A stretch of 64,000 nt of DNA, taken from the NCBI GenBank assembly GCA_964016885.1, contig OZ024745.1, positions 95,852,001 through 95,916,000 on the forward strand, read 5' to 3'. The notes beneath the pieces were generated by a model, which ran no database searches, was not told the DNA's origin, and saw only the letters and a program-made list of their open reading frames with translations. The stretch comes from Eledone cirrhosa (lineage: Eukaryota). The number at the start of each line of letters is the position of its first letter. Positions within the stretch are counted from its first letter, which is position 1. Positions 1 through 12,722 of this stretch are shown in pieces. A program made the position numbers and the translations under genes.

Positions 1-572
1 ATCTGAGGTCTGTTCTCACCACCTCCACCCATGTTTTTCGTGGTCTACCTCTACCATGTCTTCCTTCAACTGGCATTTCCTGGCACTTCTTCACCCATCG
101 GTCATCCTCCATGCGCATCACATGTCCATACCACCACAGTCTCCTCTCTCGCACACTACATTCTATCGCTCTCAAACACAGTTTCTCTCTCAACACATCC
201 ATGCTGGGTCGTTCACGCACATTGACATTGCACATCCAATGGAGCATGCTTGCCTCATTTCTCTCCAGCTGTCGCATATCCTCTGCAGTTGCTGGCCACG
301 TCTCACTACCATGCAGCATCGCGCTCCTCACACAGTCATCATATAACCGGCCTTTTGTACACAGGGAGAAACCCTCCTTCGTCAGCAGAGGAAGCAGCTC
401 CTTAAACTTCTTCCAACCCATCCTTATTCTAGATACTATGGCCTCGGAACACCCCCCCCCCCCCCCTCCCATGCTAATCTGCTCTCCTTGGTACCAGAAG
501 CTATCCACCACTTCTATAGCACCCGCCAGCATTTGAAAAATGTGTCTATCAATTTGACTTCTACTGTCTAAT
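1..572 (-). mobile_element. RTE-clade LINE fragment (RT C-terminal region), 5' end truncated at a (TA)n tract and running off the window edge
   Basis: Reverse complement closely matches 23600-23905 of the long RTE copy (motifs of the type LYDACVRSAMLHGSETW, GWKKFKELLPLL) and continues into the segment deleted from that copy. Confidence 0.9.
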
Positions 573-659
<87 letters not shown>

Positions 660-663
<4 letters not shown>

Positions 664-1262
664 CAGGTCACCAGTTGGTGCTACTGGTAACATGTATCCC
701 AGTACAACCTGTCTCATTGCGACTAAACTGGCAACCCCACCAAGGTTTCTTGGTGAGGAGGGTGACTTTGGACATCCTGCAGGACTAAAAACAAAACCTG
801 TCAAAGGGCAAAGGAGCTCTTAAGAGTCAATGGTCATCCAAAATCACCGGGAGAGATGACCCCTTAGCCTTTGTCAAGGCAGAATTCTAGGAGAAGGAAA
901 ACTCTGATATAACACCTGCAACCCTGATGGTATCCAATGATGTTGACTTGTTCTTCTTTTTAGTAAATATCATCTTGGTTAAGAGAGTGGGACTGGCTTT
1001 GTGCAGTGCCTTGGCTCACTATAAAAGCTTCACGGCACAGGCATTGCTTTATATCTGGAGATCTCTCTGCACTTGTCCTCACATGGTACCATGGGCCCAG
1101 CACTATGTGTCAATAATTGTCACAAGTGTAGTGTTTGTACCAGAGTTTTCAATATGCTGGCTGGACTAAAAAGTCACACTCGTTCAGCGCATCGGTAGGG
1201 GTTCTCCTACATGGATATAAAGTAGTGGCCGTACTCGAAAACGAGTTGGCAGCCACCATATA
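660..1262 (+). mobile_element. Non-autonomous bipartite RTE derivative (5'UTR-like part plus 3' end encoding a C2H2 finger remnant)
   Basis: 1120-1198 translates as NCHKCSVCTRVFNMLAGLKSHTRSAHR*, like the last finger of the RTE at 25.5-26.7 kb. The terminus tggccgtactcgaaaacgagttggcagccaccat resembles 27270-27305. The 5' part has an RTE-5'UTR-like gaaggaaaactctga motif. Confidence 0.6.
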
Positions 1263-2916
1263 TATATGTATCTATGTATGTATGTGTGTGTGTGTGTGAG
1301 AGAGAGTGTGCGTGTGTGTGTGTGAGTGTGTGTGTGTAAAATCCTGGCTGTAAGGCCAAGTGATTTCGGGTTGTGTGTTCAACAAGCCTTTTCAAGAGTG
1401 TAGTGAAACTGCTTGTGTGATTGGTACCGCAGTCAGGATTTTACATATCTCTATACCCACTCTACATTTCCCCATGCATTGAGTACTCCCATGATTAGTA
1501 GTCTCCTCTGTCTCAGAACTGCACACTCTCTCTCTATATATATAGGTATATATTCAAACATATATGCACTCTATATCAATGGTGTATAACCAAGGTCTGC
1601 TAACAATACATTTTTATACTATTTCTATATATTTTGCATTTTGTTAATAGTTTATAAATATATTGTACTATCATCTAAATATATTTGACATTTATCTTTT
1701 AATGTCATATTCATTTTAACCATATTATAATGTTCAACTTATTCTGTTTAACCATAGACTATATGAAATATCCATGAAATGTTCAAAGTTATTATTGTTA
1801 TAGTTGTAGTTGTAGAGTGTTGGTGAATCATTCATTGCCAATGAGATGAAATACTTATTTTGTACTAATGCAGTAGAACCATCCTTTCTCTATCTTGAAT
1901 CTCTTTCCTTTGTTAACCATTCAATTACTAACCCAGCCAAAACCAGCTCTGGTTCTATGAAATAAAGTCACTCATTTTAAAGGTTTCCAATTTATACCAA
2001 AATCTTCCAGCATAATTTTATATAAGAATCTTACATTAAGTTACTATCTAGTAATGAAATAATTAATGATTTTAGTAACTCCCTCAAAATTCTTCATTAA
2101 TTAATTAAAATAGATTGTATTTCATGAGAGATGCAGTCATGAAAGGACTAATGACCACTAGTTCTGCTTTCCTAAAGTTAGTTTTACCTAACCCAGTTCT
2201 ACTTAAAGCCAGTTCTACCTAAGGTTAGTTTTACCTGAGTTCTTCACTCGTGATGATCTCCAATACCCTAATAAACTGACATAATATCCCTAAAATAAGT
2301 TTCATCAAAGCTGACCCTCTACTAAACTCAAGATAACATAGGTCTGCTCAAATATGTAGGACTTTTTAAATATAGTTTTTAGTCTGATCAAACAGGCCTT
2401 AGACTAAATGTATTACAGCTATGATCATCTCCTTCAATTTTTTCCCCAAGTTAATATACACAGGAATACATTATTTAATGTGTCCTGTTTATTAACAAAG
2501 GGTGTAGCTATCAAGAGATTTGGTTGCTATTTCTAGTAAGCTGAGTGACGACATAGAGGTTTGTTTATTTGCTTGTCTTTCTTGTTGCTTCAGTGGGAAC
2601 ATTCAACAAATACAATAACAACATGCATGGATATATCCAGCCAGTACATTGTATTGGTCCGACATATATTAAAACATGCTAAAAACATGTGCATCTGGTT
2701 TGTGGAAAATTTCCTTATGCTGTTTTATACAGTGAGTATAAAGTAAAACCCATATTTTAATGGGAAATTATGGGATGTTATCTTATACAACAAGATATAT
2801 GGTATCTCTATATATATATATGTGTGTATGTAAAAGGTAATCAGAAATAACAACACAATCGGTACAGTATATGGAAGGGATATATTAGGTTAACGCTTGA
2901 TATAGCAGGAAGAGGG

Positions 2917-2952
2917 TCTTAACATTTCGGACGCTAGTCTTTCATCAGAAGA
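2917..2952 (-). ncRNA. Minimal type I hammerhead ribozyme motif (decayed), Penelope-pLTR type
   Basis: Minus strand reads TCTT-CTGATGA-A-AGAC-TAGC-GTCC-GAAA-TG-T-T-AAGA: stem I TCTT/AAGA, intact core boxes, short stem II. Confidence 0.6.
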
Positions 2953-3315
2953 AAGAATGAGAAATAAGATAGATTGAGGGGATGGGCGGAATGGAATTGG
3001 AAAAAATGTCTTTAGATAAAAATAACAGGTCCATTTATGTTGACATCTCTTGCAAAACTGTTGGTCGTGGCGTTTTGTGTATGATTTAGTTTATAGAAAA
3101 GTGGATGATGGAGTGCATCTACCTGAAATGGAAAAAAACGTTTTGTAAAAAGAGCTATACTTATACATATATATATATTTCCTTCGAATGAAACAGTTCT
3201 AGTCCTGTAGAAGCCATTTCTATATTTTATATATATATATATCCATATGTGGTTAGTGGCTGAGAAAGGAGTATTCAATACTGAAGTAGAGTTTTTATGT
3301 TCATTTTATTAAAGA

Positions 3316-3443
3316 TGAATAGTGAGTCTTGTTACTCTGGAGTTTCACTTGTTCATCACAAGGTCATTAGACAAGATATTAAGATGTCTGATGACCCCTG
3401 TGATAAACAGGTGAAACTCCAGAGTAACAAGACTCACTACTCA
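3316..3443. mobile_element. Imperfect palindrome containing two head-to-head type I hammerhead motifs
   Basis: Plus strand 3385-3432: TGT-CTGATGA-CC-CCTGT-GATAA-ACAGG-T-GAAA-CTCCAGAG-TA-ACA. The minus-strand copy at 3327-3376 has a 6-bp stem I (TCTTGT/ACAAGA) and a CTAATGA core variant. Confidence 0.75.
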
Positions 3444-3451
3444 GCCTTAAT

Positions 3452-3752
3452 GTATATATGGTGGCTGCCAACTCGTTTTCGAATACGGTCACTACTTTAT
3501 ATCCATGTAGGAGAACCCCTACCGATGCGCTGAACGAGTGTGACTTTTTAGTCCAGCCAGCGACTTGAAAACTCTGGTACAAACACTACACTTGTGACAA
3601 TTATTGACACATAGTGCTGGGCCTATGGTACAATGTGACGACAAGTGCAGAAAGATCTCCAGATATAAAGCAATGCCTGTGCCGTGAAGCTTTTATAGTG
3701 AGCCAAGGCACTGCACAAAGCCAGTCCCACTCTCTTAACCAAGATGATATTT
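3452..3752 (-). mobile_element. Inverted, 5'-truncated copy of the 965-1262 RTE-derived element
   Basis: Near-identical reverse complement of 965-1262, with TA-rich flanks. Confidence 0.85.
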
Positions 3753-4848
3753 AATGTATATATAAATATATACATACACACACATATACATAAACATATG
3801 TACGCATGCGTTATGTCGAACATTAATAATGTTCGATTTGTTTGTATATATATATCTATACATATCCCTGCATGTCATAAAAGGCAACTAAAATGCTAGA
3901 AGGGCAGTCAGCCATAAAAAAACTGCCTGAGAAAACCCATCAAACCCATGCCGTTATAGAAAAGTAGACAAAAAACAATGATGAGGATCATAATGATATA
4001 GATATGTATTATGTATGAATGAATATATATATATATATATGTAATTTAATATAGAAATGGCTTCTACAGGACTAGAACTATTTCATTCGCAGGAAATCAT
4101 TAGGAAAGCCTATATATATGTTAGCATGGAAGATGGACTTTAAACGATGATGATGATATATATAAGTATAAAAAAAGTGCTCAACCACAGAAATGCTATA
4201 GAGATCGCTTTGAAATAGGGCAAAGACCATTAAAAGATGCAAAAAGAAGTTACCATTGATCCATATATATACATATATTCTCAGCACTCCAAAGCCGAAA
4301 AATCAGCTTAATACATTGTTTATATATGTATTAATGCATGTATGTTTATCTTTTGCTGACATATATAAATAAATAATGTAAACAGTACAAAAACTAAAAA
4401 AAGACAGGTTCTTATTGAATGAACTCTCTTGTAATATTTGGTCTGCACTGAGTTACACATTGGTTCCTGTTTTATTCTTGATTGTCTTATTGGAAAACTG
4501 TAATAAATGATATTATTGTTTACAAGCTGCAATATAAAATAGTTATATAACTACTGGAGGCAAGATTTAGTAAAAGTAGTTTTCAGTTTAAAAAACCTGG
4601 TATTTTTTGTTAAGAGAATATATATTTAAATAATTGTAGTTGATTGGTTAGTTGGAATATATGGGTGAAGAAGAAATTCCAGAAAAATGATATTCTAAAA
4701 GAGACAGATCAAGAAAAAATATTTACTGTGTAGACTCTGAAAGGATGATCTAATATGGCTGGTGTGAGAATTAGATATGGGTGTAACTGTTATATTTTTT
4801 CTATACAGCAAAGATAGTTAGAGTAACATGTAAGTTCAGAAGAGTTCA

Positions 4849-5023
4849 TCTATATATCTAAAACAGAGAATGTCTGTCTGTCTGTCCAATCACTAAAACT
4901 CGAGAACCACCCAACCAATTGTTTTCAAACTTTACACATGTAATACTTATGGTCCTGTGAGTGTTTTGAGCAAAAAACATTGCAAATTTTCAATGCCCTA
5001 GAGACTGCATTAGGCGATTTAGC

Positions 5024-5064
<41 letters not shown>

Positions 5065-5531
5065 GTCTTTCTCTTTTTAGATAGATACATAGATATAACG
5101 TTGCGCCCTTATAATATCTGTCTGTATGCCTGGCTGTCTGCATTACGACATTATGACGTAGCTGTGTGTGTTTATATATGTATATATAGTGTGTGTATAT
5201 ATATATATATAGTGTGTAACGTTTTTCAAAATATTTACATCTGCGTTCACAGATTAATTTTTTTATTTTAGTTTCAGAAGATCCTGTTAAGGGTGAAAGC
5301 AGCGATTCTTTGCTTAAACTTTAATCTGTTATTTTAATAGATATATATATATAATTATATATTCGTATATTTTGCATACACAATAACAAAATATAAACAA
5401 AAGTATTTATTTCGCGATAAAATATTGATTTTCTTCGCATGGAAAAAAACCCTGGTAATCTACTACAAATTTTTTTTATAAGCACAAACTGTAGACACCA
5501 CCCCAAGACCGAGGTATTTTGTACTTCTCTG

Positions 5532-5566
<35 letters not shown>

Positions 5567-5703
5567 TGTACAGATATGTTTGCATACACAATAACAAAAT
5601 ATAAACAAATGTTTTATTTCACGAGGCTCGATAAGGATAAATATATATCAAATATATAAGAACCCTAGAGCAAATCCCGAGCAGCACCAGGTCATTCTGC
5701 TAG
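4849..5703 (+). mobile_element. Non-autonomous Helitron-like element
   Basis: Starts A|TC-tatatatctaaaa followed by a tgtctgtctg repeat. Ends in a GC-rich imperfect hairpin (cccgagcagcaccagg) then CTAG|T, with no TSD. Same 5' motif as the minus-strand element at 47478. Confidence 0.65.
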
Positions 5704-6018
5704 TTACTCATAAATTTCAAATTCTACTACATTTGAGTAATGCCAGCAAATTTAATTCCTTCCTTCCAGCAGGCTGAATGCTTAAGGATTTCGTTTTGCA
5801 ACCAGCTGGTTCCAGTTTTAGTCATTCGGCACAACACCTTGAGCAAGTGTCTTCTACTCTAGCCTTGGGTTGACAGAAGCTGTAAAAGCATGTTGTATAT
5901 ATATGTATGCGTCTGTGTTTATATCCAACGGATTAGCAGTTCAACAAAAAGATGATTGATAAAATAAGTACGAAACTTTAAAAAATAAGTACTGGGTCAA
6001 TGCAATCAAGTAAATAAT

Positions 6019-6205
6019 TGTTTCTACTTTTGGCACAAGGCCAGCAATTACCCAGTGCATTACTGGTACTTTATTTTATTGACCCCGTAAGGATGTAAGG
6101 CAAAGTTAACCTCGGCGGGATTTGAACTCAGATCATAAAGGGCCATAACTCTATGCTACAAAGCATGGTGTTCGACCCTCAGCCGACACTGCCAATCCAC
6201 CGCCC
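6019..6205 (-). mobile_element. Full-length tRNA-derived SINE (family 1) with 11-bp TSD, nested in an older SINE (~5770-6270)
   Basis: A-box-like TGGCAGTGTCGG and B-box GAGTTCAAATCC on the minus strand. TSD aagtaaataat at 6008-6018 and 6206-6216. Confidence 0.85.
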
Positions 6206-6790
6206 AAGTAAATAATAGTAGTGCTCCAGCATGACTGCAGTCAACTGACTCAAACAAGTAAAAGGATATTGGTGAGCTCAAATCTCATTTGGTGCCTATT
6301 CAGAGCAATTCCTGGTTCTTGAGACAGAGTATGCACTTTTAAAAATTATAACAGTTATCCCATATATAAATAAAAGATGTATATTAAAGAATAACATCCA
6401 TTACTTGCATTTATTTCTATACGTTAGCCATGCACTGCATGCCTAACATCCATGCAGAAAACACAACTGATTTTGGCCATGCTATGAATAAGTTTCTTTA
6501 AAATGTCTTTCAATTAAATATTACCTGACTAGTTTGTAATTGTCATCATTGTCATCCTTATTATCATTGTTTTTACATTCACCTTGAGTTGTACAGGTCA
6601 TTTAGACACCTTTTACAACATGGAAGGTTATGGTGTAACTATTCTAAAAACCAGGATGTACACATGGATCCCATTGTTAGACTGTATTCCTTTTCTGTCT
6701 GTTCTGCTGATGTGTCAATAGTTTTTTCTCCTGTTAACTTGCTGACTAAATGGCATCTATCATATACACAATACATTCATCTATCCTCTG

Positions 6791-7070
6791 TCCACCCACT
6801 AAACCTTATACAAAACACTTTACTCAATCTGTCTTTCTCAAGAGTATATCCACCCACTAAAACTGATACAAAACACTTTACTCAATCTGTCTTTCTCAAG
6901 AGTATATCCACCCACTAAAACTGATACAAAACACTTTATTCAATCTGTCTTTCTCAAGAGTATATCCACCCACTAAAACTGATACAAAACACTTTACTCA
7001 ATCTGTCTTTCTCAAGACTATATCCACCCACTAAAACTGATACAAAACACTTTACTCAATCTGTCTTTAC
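6791..7070. repeat. 58-bp tandem minisatellite, ~4.8 copies
   Basis: Unit tccacccactaaaactgatacaaaacactttactcaatctgtctttctcaagagtata, repeated at 58-bp spacing. Confidence 0.95.
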
Positions 7071-7912
7071 TCAATCAATCTTTCTCAAGACTATATCCTT
7101 TACAACTGCTGTAACAATTCAAACTGAACATCCATTATCTCTATCTACTGTATATATAAAATGGCATATGAAAACTATTGGTTCTTCCTCCCTGCTTTGA
7201 ATAATCAATAATATTTTTATTTCTTAAAATGAACTAATATATGTAATTTTTATAAATGAAAGGTAACCTGAAACTTTTTAAGAATTCATATATTTATATT
7301 GTCAGTTAAACATGGCATTTACTTTTGAAAATCATGTTCACATTTATCTTACTTTAAAGTTTAGTACAGTGCATTTTCAGTACATAGTGTAGCCTATTGA
7401 AATATCTAGCTTTACCAAGTGTTCGCTTTCTGCTAATGGCAATACAACTCTATTTTATTGTTGATTCAATGTTATATAGCTGATTACAATGAAAATGGAA
7501 TGCTTTTTATATATTTCTCAATGGCTTATTAAGAATTCAAACAAATTTGAAACACAAATTTAATTTGACATATTCATTAGTTTAAAATTTTTCGATTAAT
7601 TTTTTTTTTTAACTTTCAAAATTGCTTTTGATACACTTCGTGTGTGCTGAAAATATTTTATCTATATTTATGCACTAGAATAATTGTTTTTCCATATCAA
7701 AAATAGACTCTTTCTTCATAGATTCAAATTTAGATTCTATTATATCATAATAATGTATTTTATTAAGTAAATATTGCAAAAAATTTTCTAATAGTAAAAT
7801 AGTTTATGAAAAAATAATAATCATATGCAAAAATCTGTAAGGTCTACTCTAAGTGCCATTTCAATCTGTCATTTTAAATTAAATTCAGAAAGAAACTCAG
7901 AAACAGTTATAT

Positions 7913-8182
<270 letters not shown>

Positions 8183-8597
8183 GAACTAGGACTATAAGTA
8201 AGAATTGTTTCATTTGACAATAGATTTCACTTTATGCAAATCTTTTACATTTTAAACTGAAAAGGTTTCTTTGTTAAGTTTTGTTATCTCAATCAAATAA
8301 ATAACATTTCTGTAATTCAATAAACCTACCACCATCTTTATTTCAAAGGGTGTAAATCCATATTTATGTTGTGAGCAATATTGATCTCTGTTTGCAATGG
8401 CCCTATTTGTAAAGGATGAGTTATAACTAATTGCCATCAAGACTAGTATATTTATTGGTACTTAATCTATTGACTAAGGAAAGGTGGATAACAAAGTCAA
8501 TTACAGTTAGATTTACATGTAGAAGAAACCTAAAATATATAAAATGTTTAATTAAACATTCCAATATTTTGATCATTTTCAAACCCTGGAATATTAA

Positions 8598-8801
8598 CTC
8601 TTTAGCATAAAACTGACCAGATCCGGCCAGAATTCTCTCACCTCTTTCTGTTCATGCTGGCTGTAACTGGCCACTCATAGTGATGTTAAGGTATTGTTCT
8701 TAAAATAAATATCAAAATCTCATAGATTCGGTATTATGTGAGATAAAGCCTTTACCACAAAAATACAATAGTATATATAGAGTAATGTAAATGCTAGAGG
8801 G
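8598..8801. mobile_element. piggyBac-type MITE (TTAA TSD), family A
   Basis: ttaa|ctctttagcat...atgctagaggg|ttaa. Homologous to 30296-30516 (opposite orientation) and to a partial copy at 18418-18550. Confidence 0.75.
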
Positions 8802-9698
8802 TTAAAGAAATAATATCTAACAGCTTTCAGATAGCATCTGAATATATTTCTTTCTTACTTTCTATGGTGTGTATCCAGTTTAGAATAAGTACACTGTATC
8901 TCTGCACATTGTAAGAAGCAATTAATAGGGTTAGTGCAAAGAAGGGCATCTGGCTGTAAAACATTGCACAATAAAGTCCTACCCAACAAATGACAGCTTG
9001 AAACTGTCAATGTAAAAATGATGATGAAGTTGAGGAGAATAATTAGTCAAAATAAGAAGGGCAATACCTGTGACCTTTTTTATGCCTGCAAGACTGGTGG
9101 AGCAGTATTCCTTAAGGAGAGAAGGAATCCCTAAATTAGAGAGACCTGGTTCAAATACTTCTAGTAGAGTGGACATCTCTAATGGAATCCAAAGTTCAGG
9201 TGGTTATATTAAGCCAGGCAGCTTATTATGTATACTATACAAATAAACTATAGCAGCATTTGAAAACGGAATGCAAGGATCCAGAACAAATACGGCAAGA
9301 AATTCTATTTGAGGCACTAACAATTTCACCAGCCAATCATCTAAGGCTGGGACTTTATATATTAAACTCACAAGGATGAAAGAGAAAGTTCACCATGATG
9401 GAACCTGAACTCAGAACATGATCAGCCAAAATAAACACTGCAAGGCATTTCAGCTAATACTCTCCATAAAGGCATTGACACTCCTTTCCTTAGATGTCTA
9501 ATAATAGTAGCAGAGTTGGTACTGTTGTTGTTAGAAAGCTTTGGTCAATATTGATTTAAAATCTCAGTTGTGATCAAGAAATTCAATACTAGTTTTCAAT
9601 TAGATTTTTTTTTTCTAATGAATTATTCCACTATATCAAAGATGACTGGGTAGATAATCATATCATCAAATCGATAATTGGTGCTCAAGTCTTAGGTC

Positions 9699-9757
<59 letters not shown>

Positions 9758-9759
9758 AT

Positions 9760-10132
9760 AATAATAAATTTGAAGACTAAAATCCAAAGAGGGCTCGATA
9801 AGGATAAATATATATCAAATATATAAGAACCGTAGAGCAAATATTTATTAAAATAACAGATTAAAGTTTAAGCAAAGAATCGCTGCTTTCACCCTTAATG
9901 GGATCTTCTGAAACTAACAAAGTCAATCTGTAAACGCAGAAGTGGATATTTCAAAAAACGTTGCAACTGGAGGAAGACAGGAAGACGATACTTTGGTTCG
10001 TGGAAACGTTCTCTGGCAAAGGACGGGAAAAAACGAATATAATGCGTCATTAATAGGAGCGGTGAAAAACAATTACGGGCAAAGACAGAACCATGTTTAT
10101 GGTATAAAAGAAGTCGTAGACTAATGTTCTCT
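9760..10132 (-). repeat. Unclassified dispersed repeat 'X'
   Basis: Homologous blocks at 5215-5340, 5625-5675, 24560-25035, 46490-46835 and 57010-57275 (e.g. gcaacgtttttcaaaatatttacttctgcgttcacagatt). Confidence 0.75.
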
Positions 10133-10409
10133 TAGGTGGTTCATAATTAAGTTAAATTCAGTCTGCTAGAAGTAGATTGTGTTGATGGTGCTCTCTCTGT
10201 CCCACATTCTATCAACTATCATGGTCCCCAGGGTTTGATTCTATCCCCCACACTCATCTTACACTACATCAAAGGCCTACTAGCCATAACATCCAACAAA
10301 ATTCATTTTTATGCAAATGAAACCACCATTTATTCATCCATAACCTTCTTCATTAATATTCAATCTTAACACCTCATACCAAGCTTGCACTGATTCCATG
10401 AACAAAGAC

Positions 10410-10960
10410 TGAATAATCTCAATAGAACTCCCGCCCCCTTATACATAAATGACCTCAATAGAACCCCCTCTTCCTCATATATGAATAACCTCAATAGAAC
10501 CCCCTCCTCCTCACACATGAATAACCTTAATAGAAACGCCTCCTCTTCATGCATACATGACCTCAATAAAGCCCCCCTCCTCCTCATGCATTAATAACCA
10601 CAATAGAACCCCCTCCACCTCATGCATGAAGAGCCTTACTAGAGCCCTCACACCCACTCCAAATACCAAGCCTCACTAGAGCCCTCACAACCACTCCAAA
10701 TACCAAGCCTCACTAGAGCCCTCACAACCACTCCAAATACCAAGCCTCACTAGAGCCCTCACAACCACTCCAAATACCAAGCCTCACTAGAGCCCTCACA
10801 ACCACTCTAAATACCAAGCCTCACTAGAGCCCTCACAACCACTCCAAATACCAAGCCTCACTAGAGCTCTCACAACCACTCCAAATACCAAACCTCACTA
10901 AAGCCCTCACAACCACCCCAAATACCAGACCTCACTAAAGCCCTCAGAATCACTCCAAAT
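10410..10960. repeat. Two adjacent minisatellites: 36-bp unit (~6 copies) then 37-bp unit (~9 copies)
   Basis: ctcaatagaacccc... at 36-bp spacing, then cctcactagagccctcacaaccactccaaataccaag at 37-bp spacing. Confidence 0.9.
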
Positions 10961-10999
10961 GCCATTGAAGATCTCTCATAGAGAACATACATTCTTAAT

Positions 11000-11510
11000 A
11001 TAGCCAGGAAAATATGCCAATGACTAGTTCTTCTTTTCAGGCTCAGAAACAACTCCCAACATCCAATGACATTCTACAATGCTCATGTGCCACTCACAAA
11101 GAAGTACTACATCCACATCTGGATTGAGGCTGCTGTTGCTCACACTGGCAATCCAATGACTGCATTCAGAAAAAAACACTCAGCTAATCACTTGAAATTG
11201 ATTGTCTGACACTCTTCAGCTTCTAGCCTGTAAAGTATTGTCTCCTCTGTCTGCCTTTACTGCCATTACTACAATAGTCTCTGATCCTTGAAGCTTGCTA
11301 AATTTATATCACCTCCACTTCAGCACTCTTGACTAACTCATTTCTCCTTCCCTCATCACTCATGCTGTGTCCATTCCCCATCACTTGCACTAACCAGTAT
11401 TCTTACCTAGAATGTCAGCCCTCAGGAATTCTCCCCCTGTTTGTATTCCCAAATTAGTTGATCTGCAACAATTTAAACAGAACGTAGACAACATAAGGCT
11501 CTTTGGTCTG
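11000..11510 (+). mobile_element. Highly decayed CR1/L2-group LINE remnant (3' end)
   Basis: The frameshifted translation resembles the CR1-group C-terminus (cl.Y.yYn...ELA...PR.S.L.NS.P...LQQFK..V). Confidence 0.4.
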
Positions 11511-12588
11511 AGAGGGCCTGTGAAAGCCATAGGTATTGCTATAGATGCTGCTGCTATTTTGTGTACATGTGTTTTTAAAATGATTTAAAACATCTTTTTT
11601 AAATGTTTATTGTCATTCTTGTCTATGTGGAAAGAATAATATTTTTTAGGGAAGAGTAGTATTTATAGTGTTGTTGACATGTCTAGTTGTCTGAAAATTA
11701 TTGTACATATAGAAGTAAGGATTGTAAGGGTTGTAGTTTGCTGGAGCAAACAAATGAAGCACTCATCAATTATAGTGTGCTCCTACTGTTTCCAATAGAC
11801 CCTATACATGGTTACACATTGAACAATACAGTCAAAGATACAATACATCTTAAATCATTTTGATCATAGTTACATTTAATTGGGGCTGACCTGGGGCTAA
11901 ACAACAGTATCAACCTCAAGGATGAACTTTATAATGATAAATATTCTTTTTACATGAATTTAGCTATTGAAATCTAAACTTTCTTGGCAAGGACACAATG
12001 CATCACTAGTAATAATTTATATATTTAACTCAATATCAGCAACTCTCTACCAAAGATAACTTGCCTTAACAAGTGAGAAGTCAATTTAGCAAAAATTCAA
12101 AATTGGTCAGCTTGATAGTTATACAGAACAGAATAACATTTTAAAGTCCCATGTGGTAAGTTAACTTCAATAATATTGCTATATGTCTTTCTAGACATGA
12201 ACATCGTTATTTTACACTCAGAATGGTTCTTTAAGACATTGGGAAAATGTGGTTCTAAACTTTAAAATAAATATCTGTTAAAGAGAAATTTGTAGCAGCA
12301 AATGGTATAAAGTTAGGAGAAGCCTCTGCCACACTCTAAGTCTTGTTTTGGATTCCTGTTGAAACCATTACATTTTTCATTTATGCAACTAATATTTTAG
12401 AAAAAATATGAACATCTGCATTTTCATATACACTTTTGACTGAAAATATATGACCTGTTGCTTACCTATAAAAGGTAACAGGAAATAAATTTTTAGAATA
12501 CTATGACAATGACACAGAAAGATATACCTTGAAACAGATGAACTACTTTCACAGAAAAATGAGAGAATGGGAGAAGTAAAAAGATAAT

Positions 12589-12722
12589 TGTTTCTACTTT
12601 AGGCACAAGACCAGCAATTACCCAGTGCATTACTGGTACTTTATTTTATCGACCCCGTAAGGATGAAAGGCAAAGTCAACCTCGGCGGGTTGACTTTGCC
12701 GAGGTTGACTTTGCCTTTCATC
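12589..12722 (-). mobile_element. 5'-truncated SINE (family 1) with fold-back 5' end and 8-bp TSD
   Basis: TSD aagataat at 12581-12588 and 12723-12730. 12698-12722 is the reverse complement of 12662-12686. Confidence 0.85.
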
